Positions 49,420-59,562 of a stretch of DNA of 64,000 bases are shown one piece after another. The stretch is from assembly GCA_041946735.1 (NCBI GenBank), contig JBHGAY010000019.1, forward strand, positions 32,001 through 96,000, read 5' to 3'. This stretch comes from Candidatus Eiseniibacteriota bacterium. Lineage in GTDB: Bacteria; Eisenbacteria; RBG-16-71-46; CAIMUX01; VGJL01. The notes under the pieces were generated by a model, which made no database searches, was not told the DNA's origin, and was given only the letters and a program-made list of their open reading frames with translations. How positions within the stretch are numbered: the stretch's first letter is position 1; every line of letters begins with the position of its first letter. The position numbers and the translations under genes were made by a program.

Positions 49420-51177
49420 CTATCCCTTGTTCGCGCCGGAGCCGGCCGGCACCCGGTCCGGATAGATCTTCAGCCCCATCTTCTCGCGGGATTCCTTGAC
49501 GAGCTGATCGACTCGCTCGCCGGTCTTCTGCTCGTCGAGAATCGTTCGAAGCTGCACGGTCAGCTTCTCGAACGGCTGCATTCCCTCGTGCTCGCGGTAC
49601 TGCACCCGGCCGACCGCCCACCCGCGATCGCCGTAGCGCGCCGGCCCGACGATGTCTCCCTGCTCCGCCGCCTTCCCCTTCTCGCACAGATCTCGCATCT
49701 CCTCGGGGATCGTGCCGGAGTAGAGGATCTCGTCGCCGTTCTCCTGAACGAGCACGTCCTGGCGCTTCTTCAGCTCGGTCATCCGATCCGCCCACCAGAA
49801 CGGATCCTTCTTCGCGCTCGCCTCGGCGTAGAACTTCGCCGCCTCGTTAGCCGTCGGGAAGACGACGTGCGCGAGCCGGATCTTCTCGTAGTTGCGGAAG
49901 CGGTCCGGATTCTCCTCGTAATACTTCCGCATCTCGTCCTCGGTGATCGTCACGTCCTTCTTCACCTGCTTCGCGACGAACTGTTCGAGGAGGACCTTCT
50001 CCTCCTCCATCCGGTTGCTCGCGAGAAGCTTCGGATCCTTGTCGAGGCCGGCGCGGCGCGCGAGGTCGATCTCGACCTGCACCAGCGCCCGGGTCTCGAT
50101 CAACCGGACCAGATCCTCCGGCGCCCCTCCGCTCGGCCAGAGCGAGTTGGGGACATCGGGCAGGCCCTCGAGATACTCCCGCAACGTGTAGGTCTTCCCC
50201 TGCAACTTGTAGAGCGGCGTCTTCAGCTCCTCGGGACGGAATGCGGAGAGCGGAGCGGTGCGCAGGCGCGGGACCCCGCGCGGCAGCGGCGGCTCGTTCT
50301 TCTTCAGCGAGTCGTAGTAGGCGGCCATCCGCGTCTGGACCATCGGAAGCGGGTCGCGCAGGACCTCGATCTGCGAGGCGGTCTTCACCGAGTCGATCCA
50401 CGAGGTGATCCGCTGCCGGACCCGGATGCGCGTGGCCGTGATGCGCGTGAGACGCTCGAAGTCCGGGTCCTGGCTCCTATCCACCGGCGCGATCGAGTCG
50501 ATCTGCGCGAGCTCGATCCCCTGCATCGTGTGGATGATCGGACTGAGGTACCCCGGCTGCCGGTCCCCCTTCAGCCACAGGTCTTCCGCCATGTCCGTGT
50601 CGACGGTGTAGGGGACCTTCCAGCCGACGTCGCCGCCGAGAGCGGCGGTCTTCGGCTCGAGCGAGTACTTCTTGGCGACCTCGGCGAACGGCGTTCCCGA
50701 TTCGACGAGCTTGCGGGCTTCGGCGCTCGCGGAGTCGGACGTCATCAGCATCATCCGCAGCTTCATCTTGCGGCGGAACTTCTCGAGCAGCGGATCGAGG
50801 CCGGCGCTGTCGCGCTGCACCTTCTGGACCAGGCTGTTCTCGAGCGACTGGAGCAATCGCGCGTCGCGGCCCTGGCGAATCATCTGCGCATAGTTCGGCT
50901 CGAGTCCGCCCGCCTCGCGAGCGAGGCGCAAGAGAATCTCCTTGCTGCCGATCGTCTCGAGGAAGTCGCGCTGCTCTTCGCTCGAGGCGGCGTCGAAGCT
51001 CTGTCCGTCGTGGCTCCGCGCGTAGAGTTCGCGGACCTCCTCCAGCGTCACCTTTCGATCGCCCAGTTCCACGACCACCGGCCCGCCCCCCGCCCGGTCG
51101 GACGTGCAGGCGATCGGCAACAGGACGAGACAGGCGAGAAGCACACTCGGTACAGGAATCAAGCGCAAGAACGACAC
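49420..51177 (-). CDS. PpiC/parvulin-type peptidyl-prolyl isomerase lipoprotein (SurA/PrsA-like)
   Basis: AAAGGAGG RBS before GTG; lipobox LPIA|C; FAEVAKKYS...GGDVGW; EMRKYYEEN. Confidence 0.85.
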   Translation of the reverse strand: MSFLRLIPVPSVLLACLVLLPIACTSDRAGGGPVVVELGDRKVTLEEVRELYARSHDGQSFDAASSEEQRDFLETIGSKEILLRLAREAGGLEPNYAQMIRQGRDARLLQSLENSLVQKVQRDSAGLDPLLEKFRRKMKLRMMLMTSDSASAEARKLVESGTPFAEVAKKYSLEPKTAALGGDVGWKVPYTVDTDMAEDLWLKGDRQPGYLSPIIHTMQGIELAQIDSIAPVDRSQDPDFERLTRITATRIRVRQRITSWIDSVKTASQIEVLRDPLPMVQTRMAAYYDSLKKNEPPLPRGVPRLRTAPLSAFRPEELKTPLYKLQGKTYTLREYLEGLPDVPNSLWPSGGAPEDLVRLIETRALVQVEIDLARRAGLDKDPKLLASNRMEEEKVLLEQFVAKQVKKDVTITEDEMRKYYEENPDRFRNYEKIRLAHVVFPTANEAAKFYAEASAKKDPFWWADRMTELKKRQDVLVQENGDEILYSGTIPEEMRDLCEKGKAAEQGDIVGPARYGDRGWAVGRVQYREHEGMQPFEKLTVQLRTILDEQKTGERVDQLVKESREKMGLKIYPDRVPAGSGANKG

Positions 51178-51406
51178 GGGGATGACCTCCTTTTGCCATT
51201 GGGCCCCTTGGGGAGGGCCGCGGTCCATCCTACCGGCAGCGTGGGGAGGGAGTCCACGGCCGGATCGGCGGTTTCGGTCGGGGTTTGGCGACGGCTTCGC
51301 AGGCGCCGGTTGCCCAGGCGACGGCTGCGCAGGCGGCAGCTTCGCGTGGGCCGGCCGGGCAGGGCTGCCGGCCGTGCCGCGTCTGCCAGGGGCTGCCGGG
51401 GTCGCT

Positions 51407-53200
51407 TCAGAAGCGGGTCTCGAGACGGAAGTGCAGGCGCCCGGCGAGCGGGGGTTCGCCCTTGGGAATGCCGTAGTCGAGGCGGATCCAGCCGCCGGCC
51501 CCCCGTACACGAACGCCCGCTCCGTATCCCCAACGCTGCTCCGTCTTGCCGGTCCCCCCCGGCCACGCGCGGAAGAAGGCGCCGTCGGCGAAAAGGTAGA
51601 GCCGGTTTCCCTCGGGAAGGATCCGGATGCCCGGCTCCACGCGAAGACGGCCGTAGCGGAGGGCGCGAAACGCCCCGTCTTCGTATCCGCGCAGCCCCGC
51701 GCTTCCACCGAGGTCGAAGGCGTCGGGCCGCGGGAGGGAGTCCGGTCCCTCGATCCATCCCCCCTCGACTTCGAGGCGGAGGTGCGCCGAGCGTCCGGCC
51801 GGGAAGTTCTCCTCCGCGGTCGCGACGGTCCGCAGGAGCGTCCCTTCTCCGCTGGCGCGGCGCGGCGAGCGGTGCAGATCCCCGCGCTCGATCTCGATCA
51901 CGGCGCGATCGCCTCGGGTGGCCGACTCACGCAGCCCGTCGTGGCCCAGCCCGAGGATCGTCGAGACGATCGAGGTGCGGTACGGATCGATCCCGGACGC
52001 GACGTTGCGGCGCGCGGCGAGACCGGCGCGAGCGAAGAAGCCGCTTCCGAGGTCGCCCTCGAGTCCGAGCCGCGCCTGGTCGGACGACCAGGTCGAGTCC
52101 TCGACCTCCTGCGAGAGCGAGGCGTCGGCAGCGACCGGCAGGTTTGCGAGAAACGGCTCCCGGTAGGCGAGGGAAAGCGCGGAGCGGTCGCGCGTGAGGC
52201 GTCGCCACGAGGCGGCCGCGCTGCGGCCGGTGCCGAAGAGGTTGCCGAGTCCCACCTCGAGGTAACCGGACATCGTGCGGCTCTTGCCGTCGTAGCCGAG
52301 GGCGCCGTCGATCCTGTTCTGGGACTGGGGGACGAGGCGGTAGACGAGGACGCCCCCGCTCTCTCCCGCGCGGCGGAGGTAAGGGCCGTCGACCTGGCGG
52401 AAGAGCCCGCTCCGCTCGATCCGCTCGCGCGCCTCGCGCGCTTCCTCCACCCGGATCGGATCTCCGACCCGCAGCCCCGAGATGCGCGCCAGGTAGGAGT
52501 CGCGCGTCCCTCCGGCCCCTTCGAAGGCGAGCCCGGTCAAGCGCAGGCGTGGGCCGTCGTGCAGGCGCGCGCGCACGCGCATCGACGTGCCGTCCCCTCC
52601 CGCTTCGAGAATCTGGATCGAGGCGAGGGGATGGCCATCCTCCTGCACCTCCTCGAGGAGGCGCGAGATCTCCTCGCCGCGGTGCTCGGGCTCCCAAAGG
52701 CCGGGCCGCGGTCCGTCCGGGGGATCGTCCGAGCCGACCCATTCCCAGCTCGAGAGCCTCGCGGGCTCGAGGCCGCGCAGCGTGAGGCGCGCCCGCCATC
52801 CGGAGACGGAAGTCGAGTCGATTTCCGCCTCGATCTCTCCGTTCCCCCATCCTTCCTCGACGAGGCGGCGGGCGACCGCCTGCGCGAGCGCGACGGGATC
52901 GATTGCGCGGGCGGCGCTCGCGGGCTGCCCCGGAGCGGCTTCGCGGAGATACGCGGCGGCGGCGTCCTCGGCGGTCGCGCGTGCGCCGGCCGGGCCGCCC
53001 GCGACCTCGATCGCAGCGGCGGCCGCGGCCGAGGCGGCGTCGAGCGGAGTGGCGGCGGCGGCCGCTGCGGGCGCGAGCGCGGCGGGAGCGGACGCCACGA
53101 GCGCGACGACGAGGACGACCGGAAGGGCATGGGTTCGTGCACTCGCACGGACTCGGGCGGGGACACGCGCGACACGCGCAAGGAGGCGCGCGGGCCGCAT
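51407..53200 (-). CDS. Second Omp85/POTRA-containing outer membrane protein
   Basis: Signal peptide; POTRA-like GTRDSYLAR...ERIERSGLF; NLFGTGR; LGGSAGLRGY; C-terminal LETRF. Confidence 0.8.
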   Translation of the reverse strand: MRPARLLARVARVPARVRASARTHALPVVLVVALVASAPAALAPAAAAAATPLDAASAAAAAAIEVAGGPAGARATAEDAAAAYLREAAPGQPASAARAIDPVALAQAVARRLVEEGWGNGEIEAEIDSTSVSGWRARLTLRGLEPARLSSWEWVGSDDPPDGPRPGLWEPEHRGEEISRLLEEVQEDGHPLASIQILEAGGDGTSMRVRARLHDGPRLRLTGLAFEGAGGTRDSYLARISGLRVGDPIRVEEAREARERIERSGLFRQVDGPYLRRAGESGGVLVYRLVPQSQNRIDGALGYDGKSRTMSGYLEVGLGNLFGTGRSAAASWRRLTRDRSALSLAYREPFLANLPVAADASLSQEVEDSTWSSDQARLGLEGDLGSGFFARAGLAARRNVASGIDPYRTSIVSTILGLGHDGLRESATRGDRAVIEIERGDLHRSPRRASGEGTLLRTVATAEENFPAGRSAHLRLEVEGGWIEGPDSLPRPDAFDLGGSAGLRGYEDGAFRALRYGRLRVEPGIRILPEGNRLYLFADGAFFRAWPGGTGKTEQRWGYGAGVRVRGAGGWIRLDYGIPKGEPPLAGRLHFRLETRF

Positions 53201-56200
53201 CAGAAGCTCGCCCGCAGCTCCATCCGCGCGTTGGTGCGCGATGGAGCGCCGTCGGGATCGTCCCAGTCGAGGAGAAGCGAGGCGTCGAGCGAGCTTCGCA
53301 GCCGCACCGCGAGCGTGCCCCGCGCTTCCCATCCGGCCCGCTCGAGCCCGAGGACGCGCGCGCGCGGGCCATCGTGCCAGGTGCGCTTCGCCTGGAGGTC
53401 GAGCCGCATCCGCTCGCGCGGGATCCACTGGACCCCGGGGAGGATCTGCACGATTCGCACGCGATCCCCCTCGGCGGACGCGTGGTGGCGAGTCCTGCCG
53501 ATCGTCCCGGCGCGGAGCGTCCACGCCTTGCCGGCCCTCCAGGCGGCGGAGAGCCGGAGCTGCGCCGAGCGCCATCCGTAGGCCGTCTCGGGGGAAGAAG
53601 GGGAGTCGAGCCAGCGCGCGAACTGGAGGTCGCGATCGATCTGCACCTCCTGCTCGAGCGTCCAGCCCTCGCGCGGTGTCGAACGCAACTGGAGCGCGGC
53701 GAGGTCGCGTTCGATCCGCGACGACGCGTTGGAGAGCGCGGAGGAGCGGCTCCGCTCCCGTTCGAGGCGGATCTGCGGGCTGGCCCATCGCGCGCGCGGC
53801 AGCGCGCTCCCTTCCATCCGCAGCCGGTGCGAGGCGAGCGGAACGCCGTCGCGGCGCGCGAGGAGCAGCTGCGGCAGATCGCGCCAGAACGAAGCGGCCG
53901 ATCCGGTGGCGCGTGTCGAGAAGCTCGCATAGAGCAGCCAGCGCGAGGACGACCAGAGCCGCGTGGCGAGCGGCACCCCTTCGCGCTCGCCCGGCCCCTT
54001 CGGGACGAAGTCGACCCGCCAGGAGCCATCGAGACGGCGCTCGAGCTGACGCAGTCCCGAAGGAACGAGGACGAGATCGTAGTCGCCGTCGCCGACGTAG
54101 ACGCCGAGGGAGTCGTAGCGGCCGGCGCCGGGTCCGACGTAGCGCAGCGAGCGCGACTTCCCTTCCTCCTCGTTCGTGCTCAGGTCGGCACGGAGCTGCT
54201 GGCCGAACCATCCGTCCCCTCGGTCCTGCGACCAGAGAAGCGCCGCGACGTCGGAACGCGTGTCCCCCTCCTCGAGCCGCGTCAGGGTGCGCCAGGTGTA
54301 GCGCGCGTCGAGGAGCTTGCCGGGCGGGCTGTAGGCGGCGTGCGCCTCCCACGTGCGGGCCCGGTCCGAGTCGCGCTCGTCGCCGGCGGCGATCGTGCGA
54401 TCCTGGCGCGCGGTGCGCGAGAGCTCGAAACTGCCGCGCTCCTCCGGCAGGCGGTAGACCGCGCCGAGGCGCCACTCGTCGAAGCCGTTGCCGCTCGCTG
54501 CCCCGGCCTCCCCGTTTCGGGTGCGTTCGCGCCGGAACGCGACCGTCGCCTCGGTCGCGGCGAGACGCCCGCCCAGCATCCCCGAATCGACCGATCGCTC
54601 GCCGGGCACCTCCGCTCCGCTCGATCGGTCGCGCGTCGTCGCGCGCGCGCGCTCGGCGAAGCCGAAGATCGCGCCGCTGCGCCGGATCCCCAGGCGGGAG
54701 CGCTCGCCTTCGAGATCCCGGCGGTTGGAGAGCGTCTCGTACGCCCCCTCGAGCTGGAATCCCAGCCCCGGCTCCTGCGTGAGGACGGCGGAACGCCGGC
54801 GATCGCCGCGCGCGAGGCGCTCCTCGGCGACCCCCCATTCGTAACCGGCCCACGATGGATCGACGCGTCCGATCGCGCGGAAGCGATCGTCGCGATCGCG
54901 CGTCTCGATCCGGAAGCCGACCTTGCCGAGCGAGACTCCTCCCGGAGCGAACGGAAGGACGTCGCGGCCGAAGCGCAGGCGCATCGCCCCTCCGCGTCGG
55001 TCGCGATCGTCGCGGCTCGACAGCGTGTTCGGATCGTCCTGCGATCCCGCCGCCTCGATCTCGCCGGAGAGCCCGGACGGACCGATCCAGCCGGCCTGCA
55101 GATCGAGCATGTCGCGTTGCGACGGCCGTGGGACGGCGCGGCCAGGCAGCCAGCGTCCCTGGCGGTAGCCGACGTAGCGGAAGATCGTGTCGCCGGAAGG
55201 CGCGAGGCTGTCGGCATAGTCGCCGTTCTTCTCGCCGACCAGGTCGAACCGGACCCGGCAGGTTCCCTCTCCGCGTCCCACGTAGCGCAGGAACCGCACG
55301 TCGAGCGTGTCCGCCTCGACCCATTCATAGTCCCCGTCCCCCGGGCTTCCGCATTCCACGCCCGATGCGAGATCGGTCGTCACGCTGTCTCCGGCCGCCT
55401 GGAGCGCGTCGCGTTCGCGGTCGCTCAGCGCTCCTCCCACCGGATGGCCCACGTCGTCCCGCTCGGTGAAGAGGCTCGCGCGGAAGCCCAGCCCCGGCTC
55501 GCGCGAGGAGATCGCGCGGCCGAAGGAGATGTCGGCGGCGTAGGCGTTGCGGCGGTACGGCTGATCGCTCCGCTCGAGATCGACCGTGATGCGGGAGTCC
55601 TTGTCGATCAGGCGGCGCCCGGTGAAGGTGATCGTGCCGGCGGCGTAGTCGATCACGTAGTCGCGGTCCTCGCCCCGCACGAGCAGTTCGCCGTCGACCC
55701 AGACCTTCTCGCTGCCGGCGACGATCGGCGAGTCGAACAGGCGGCCTCCCGACGGAACGAGCCGGTAGGGCCCCTGCTTCCCTTCCTCGCCGAGAAACTC
55801 GAACGAGACGAACTCCCCCGGCACCTGCGCGGCGGCCACCGAAGCGGATGCCGTCCCGCGGCTGCCACGCAACGAGATCCCTTCGAGCTGGCGCTCGTAG
55901 TTGCCGAAGAGCCCGCCCGGCCCGCGAAGCTGGAAGTCGCCGAGGAGCATGCTCGCTCCCCGTCCCTCGACCTGCAGGTAGACGCGATCGAGGTCGGACA
56001 GCTCCGTCGTCCGTCCCTCCGGCTGGAGCGGCGTCTCGCGATCCGAGAGGACGCCGCGCACCGTCACGCCCGGCGCGATCTCGCCGGTCAGCGCGACGTC
56101 GAGCGACTGGCGGAGCGTCAGGTCCTGGGACGATCCGATCTCGAGGCTCACCGTCTTGCTCCCCCGCAGATCGAGACGGGCATGAGAGGGATCGTTCGCG

Positions 56201-56640
56201 CGCCCGGAGGAGCCGCCGCCGGGATCGCGCGGCGCAATCGCCGTGGAGGCCGCGCGCACGCTGTCGAACGGGATCGGCTGCTGGAACACGCGGCCGATCG
56301 CGAGCGGCACGATGCGGTAGGTGACGCGCAACTCTCCCGCTCGCTCACGCGCGCCGGGCACCTTCAGGATCCCTTCGGCCGGCTCGAGCTGGTAGTCGGC
56401 GCCGGCGCGCAGGGTCTCGGCGCCGACCGTCGCGATCAGGCTCCCGGCAACGATCCACCGTTCCGGAAGGTCGAAGCGCGTCGTGTCGGCCGGGAGCGAG
56501 ACGGTCCAGATCCGCAGATCGAGCGGGAGGCGCACGTGGGCGCGGCTGGGCGGCGGCGCTACGGAGGAATCGCCGGCCCGTGCGATCCCTCCCGCGCCGC
56601 TCACGAAGGCGAGCAGGAAGAGGAGGCTTCTAGCGCGCGT
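53200..56640 (-). CDS. Large (about 1146 aa) putative outer-membrane beta-barrel of unknown function
   Basis: Signal peptide RARSLLFLLAFVSGAGGIARA; SDRETPLQPEG; GSEKVWVDG...DYVIDYAAGTITF; long run of amphipathic strands; ends ELRASF. Start appears to be ACG. Confidence 0.8.
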   Translation of the reverse strand, partial: TRARSLLFLLAFVSGAGGIARAGDSSVAPPPSRAHVRLPLDLRIWTVSLPADTTRFDLPERWIVAGSLIATVGAETLRAGADYQLEPAEGILKVPGARERAGELRVTYRIVPLAIGRVFQQPIPFDSVRAASTAIAPRDPGGGSSGRANDPSHARLDLRGSKTVSLEIGSSQDLTLRQSLDVALTGEIAPGVTVRGVLSDRETPLQPEGRTTELSDLDRVYLQVEGRGASMLLGDFQLRGPGGLFGNYERQLEGISLRGSRGTASASVAAAQVPGEFVSFEFLGEEGKQGPYRLVPSGGRLFDSPIVAGSEKVWVDGELLVRGEDRDYVIDYAAGTITFTGRRLIDKDSRITVDLERSDQPYRRNAYAADISFGRAISSREPGLGFRASLFTERDDVGHPVGGALSDRERDALQAAGDSVTTDLASGVECGSPGDGDYEWVEADTLDVRFLRYVGRGEGTCRVRFDLVGEKNGDYADSLAPSGDTIFRYVGYRQGRWLPGRAVPRPSQRDMLDLQAGWIGPSGLSGEIEAAGSQDDPNTLSSRDDRDRRGGAMRLRFGRDVLPFAPGGVSLGKVGFRIETRDRDDRFRAIGRVDPSWAGYEWGVAEERLARGDRRRSAVLTQEPGLGFQLEGAYETLSNRRDLEGERSRLGIRRSGAIFGFAERARATTRDRSSGAEVPGERSVDSGMLGGRLAATEATVAFRRERTRNGEAGAASGNGFDEWRLGAVYRLPEERGSFELSRTARQDRTIAAGDERDSDRARTWEAHAAYSPPGKLLDARYTWRTLTRLEEGDTRSDVAALLWSQDRGDGWFGQQLRADLSTNEEEGKSRSLRYVGPGAGRYDSLGVYVGDGDYDLVLVPSGLRQLERRLDGSWRVDFVPKGPGEREGVPLATRLWSSSRWLLYASFSTRATGSAASFWRDLPQLLLARRDGVPLASHRLRMEGSALPRARWASPQIRLERERSRSSALSNASSRIERDLAALQLRSTPREGWTLEQEVQIDRDLQFARWLDSPSSPETAYGWRSAQLRLSAAWRAGKAWTLRAGTIGRTRHHASAEGDRVRIVQILPGVQWIPRERMRLDLQAKRTWHDGPRARVLGLERAGWEARGTLAVRLRSSLDASLLLDWDDPDGAPSRTNARMELRASF

Positions 56641-57643
56641 CGTCCCCTCCCGCGGGGGGCACGATCCGCCAACGGAGAATCTGGCCCCGGGTCGGATCGG
56701 CGCGATAGAGGATCCCCTGGCGATCGACCAGGATCGGGTGGACGCCGGAGGTGCGCTCTCCGCCGGGCGGCACGCCCTCCCAGCGGGGAGGCCCGCCGCC
56801 GCGCGGGAAGATCCGCACCACGCCGCTCGCATCGAGCACGACGATCTCCCCCGCCGGCGTCGTCGCGAGCGAAGCGGGAACGGGGAGCGTCGGGCCGATC
56901 GAGCGCGCCGGCAGGATTCTCCCTTCCGGATCGAGACCGGCGAGACGCGGAGGATCGGCGACGAGGAGGCGGAGCGTGTCGTCCTCGTCGAGCGCGAGGT
57001 CCTCGATGAGGGACGGACGGTCGGGCCCGGCGAGCGCGTCGAGCGGAGCCTCGAGAAAGCGGCCGCGACGGTCGAAGTGCAGCAGGTCGCCGCTGTGGAG
57101 GTCGGCGAGCCACAGGTCGCCCGAGCGGCCGACGATCAGGCGTGAGGCCAGGAATCCTCGCCGCCCGGCGCGCTCGATCTCGCTGGACAGATCGACCCGG
57201 TCGCGAAGGTGGCCGTCGAGATCGAGTAGTGCGATGGCGGGGACGGCGGGATCGAGCAGATAGAGGAACGTGCCGCTCGCAGCGAGATCCGAGTAGGGAG
57301 CGCCGGCCGCGTCGCCCGTCTGGGCGGCCGGGCTGAACGAGAACCCCTCGCCCGCGCTCGGCCCCTCCCGTCCGGGATCGAGGCGCAGGACTCGGCCGCG
57401 TGATCGATCGAGCACCCAGATCCGGTTCAGCGGATCGAGCGCGAGGGCGTGGGGCGTGAGGCGGATCCCGGCCTGCGGATCGCGCGGCGTCATCGCCGGC
57501 AGCGCGACGAGCGAATCGAGCGCGGCCCGCGCCGTGTCAGCAGCCACCGCATCGGGGCCCGCACCGATCGCCTCAGGCGCTGCAGCAGCCACAGGGGCGA
57601 GCACGGCGAGCAGGAGCGCGAGTCGGAGAAGGACGGGGCGCAT
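56630..57643 (-). CDS. Exported NHL/6-bladed beta-propeller protein
   Basis: Signal peptide; repeated blades (PHALALD...IWVLD, GDLWLAD, GEIVVLD, GILYRAD). Confidence 0.75.
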   Translation of the reverse strand: MRPVLLRLALLLAVLAPVAAAAPEAIGAGPDAVAADTARAALDSLVALPAMTPRDPQAGIRLTPHALALDPLNRIWVLDRSRGRVLRLDPGREGPSAGEGFSFSPAAQTGDAAGAPYSDLAASGTFLYLLDPAVPAIALLDLDGHLRDRVDLSSEIERAGRRGFLASRLIVGRSGDLWLADLHSGDLLHFDRRGRFLEAPLDALAGPDRPSLIEDLALDEDDTLRLLVADPPRLAGLDPEGRILPARSIGPTLPVPASLATTPAGEIVVLDASGVVRIFPRGGGPPRWEGVPPGGERTSGVHPILVDRQGILYRADPTRGQILRWRIVPPAGGDDAR

Positions 57644-57699
57644 GCGCAGGAAGGTCGCGCCGAGCGGCAGCCGGCCGCGCGGCGCCGGACGGAGAGCTG

Positions 57700-58455
57700 C
57701 TATCGGAAGCGCAGGGCGAGGCCGATACGCGCAGCCAGCTCGGGATCTCTCGGATCGGCGGAGAGGATCAGCCCCATGGCCGGCTCCTTCCCCTGGTTGT
57801 TCGCGATCCGCACCGCGTCGATCGCCGCCACGAGACGATTCGCCACGGCAATGCCGAGCATGTAGTTCGCGCGCTTGCTCGCCTGCTGGCTGTCGCTCCG
57901 CTTCGCGCGGTAGCGATCCCATTCGGCTGTCGAACTCCACGACCATCGCTGGTCCTCCGGGACCCGGTGGCGCTGGTAATAGTCCTCTCGCGCCGGAAGA
58001 TCATCGGGATAGAGGGCCCGGGCGTCGCGCCTCACCTCGTCGTCCACCCAATCCGAAGAGGGGTACCTTCCGAGCTGGCGGTAGTATTCGTCGGAGTGCC
58101 CGCTCGCGTCCTTCACGCCGGCGAACAGCTCCGCCATCTCGATGTAGCTGTCCTTCCGCAGGTGGGACTGGACCTCGAACACTCCGAACCCGCCCCAGAT
58201 TCCCGCTTCCGTTCCAAGGAAGATGGCGCCCCGCGTCTCGCGCCCCAGCGCGCGGTGGCCCAGCCCCGGGACGAGAAGCGACAGCCCGAGGACCTTCAGG
58301 CGGGACGGCGGATCGTGCGATCCCAGCGCGGCCGCATCGCTCGCCTGCGGCGCTACCGCCCCCGATCCACCCAACAGCCCGCCGAGGAGCAGCGCCAGCG
58401 GCGCCAGGATCTTGAGCCTCGGAGTGAGCCTCGGGGAGCGCCTCGGGGTCACCAT
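57700..58455 (-). CDS. Hypothetical membrane protein (DUF5683-like), paralog 2
   Basis: SLLVPGLGH...FLGTE...NRLVAAIDA; ends LALRFR. An alternative GTG start lies at 58482. Confidence 0.7.
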   Translation of the reverse strand: MVTPRRSPRLTPRLKILAPLALLLGGLLGGSGAVAPQASDAAALGSHDPPSRLKVLGLSLLVPGLGHRALGRETRGAIFLGTEAGIWGGFGVFEVQSHLRKDSYIEMAELFAGVKDASGHSDEYYRQLGRYPSSDWVDDEVRRDARALYPDDLPAREDYYQRHRVPEDQRWSWSSTAEWDRYRAKRSDSQQASKRANYMLGIAVANRLVAAIDAVRIANNQGKEPAMGLILSADPRDPELAARIGLALRFR

Positions 58456-58478
58456 CGGAGAGAGCCTCGAGCGGCCGC

Positions 58479-59501
58479 TCACCAGCGCTTCCTCACGCGC
58501 AGGGCAGCGCGCGGCCTCTCCAGCGAGCCGCCGAAGTCGAGCTCGAGGTCCGTCCCCTGGGCGATCTTCAGCCGCGCGCCGCGCGCGGTCCGGTAGGCGT
58601 CGACCGCCGAGACGACGCGGTTCAAGAACGCGAACGTCGTCGCAAAGCGCGCCTTGTCGAGGTAGGAGTTGCTGTCGTCGCGCATGCTGCGGTACTCGCC
58701 CCGGTTCGGCGAGATCACGATCGCGTTGGGATCGGCGGGACAGGGAAAGTCGTCCCATCCCCCGCGGTAGGCTTCGAGCTTGCCGATGTCCTCGTAGTAG
58801 TGCTGGTAGTTCTCCTCGTCGAGAAAGTGGATCAGCGTGGACTCCGCATCGGCCCGGTTCACTCCCGGCGGGATCGCGGTCAGGCAGCTGTCGGCCGTGG
58901 CGCGCCAGCGGTCGAGATCCCAGTGGCGGCGGGCGTACGCCTCGTACTCCCCTTCCTTCTTGTTCCCCGCGTCGAGCCAGGCGAAATGCGCGATCCACGC
59001 CATCGTCTCGGCGCCGAGATAGGCGAAGGCGCGGTTGCGTCCCTCCAGGAGCTGGCCGGCGCCCGGCAGGATCGCGCTCGCGAGGAACGCGAGGCCCGGC
59101 GAAACGCGGGACGCTCGATCCACCGTCTCCACCCTGCCGGTCATCACTTCCCCGGCCGACGGGCCGCCCGCCTGCGCGAGATCGCGGCGGTAGCCTTCCT
59201 CGGCGCTGCGAAGCCACCGGTCGCGAGCGCTCGAGGCGAGAGCGAATGCGAGTGCCGACCGAGAGGAACGAGGACCGGATGCGCCGTCCTGCGCGCTCGC
59301 CATCGCCGCGTCTTCCGCGGCACGCGCGTTCGCGCTCGACCCGGCGCACCAGCCGGCGAGAGCGGGAAGGAGCGCCGCGAGCACCAGGCAAAGCGACGGT
59401 CGCCCAGACCCGCGAATCCCGCGGAGCCGTCGCGCGGTAGCAGCGATGATTCGCCTTCCGGCCATGCCGCCGATCTTACGGGCCGCGCTCACTCCTGCCA
59501 A
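58479..59501 (-). CDS. Hypothetical membrane protein (DUF5683-like), paralog 1
   Basis: SAILPGAGQ...YLGAE...YYEDIGK...NRVVSAVDA; ends in W. Start uncertain. Confidence 0.7.
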   Translation of the reverse strand: MAGVSAARKIGGMAGRRIIAATARRLRGIRGSGRPSLCLVLAALLPALAGWCAGSSANARAAEDAAMASAQDGASGPRSSRSALAFALASSARDRWLRSAEEGYRRDLAQAGGPSAGEVMTGRVETVDRASRVSPGLAFLASAILPGAGQLLEGRNRAFAYLGAETMAWIAHFAWLDAGNKKEGEYEAYARRHWDLDRWRATADSCLTAIPPGVNRADAESTLIHFLDEENYQHYYEDIGKLEAYRGGWDDFPCPADPNAIVISPNRGEYRSMRDDSNSYLDKARFATTFAFLNRVVSAVDAYRTARGARLKIAQGTDLELDFGGSLERPRAALRVRKRW

Positions 59502-59562
59502 CCCGCCTCCCGTCGCTCCCCGCGATGCTCCCCGCGCCGCCGCCTCGCCCCGCGCGTCTCGA

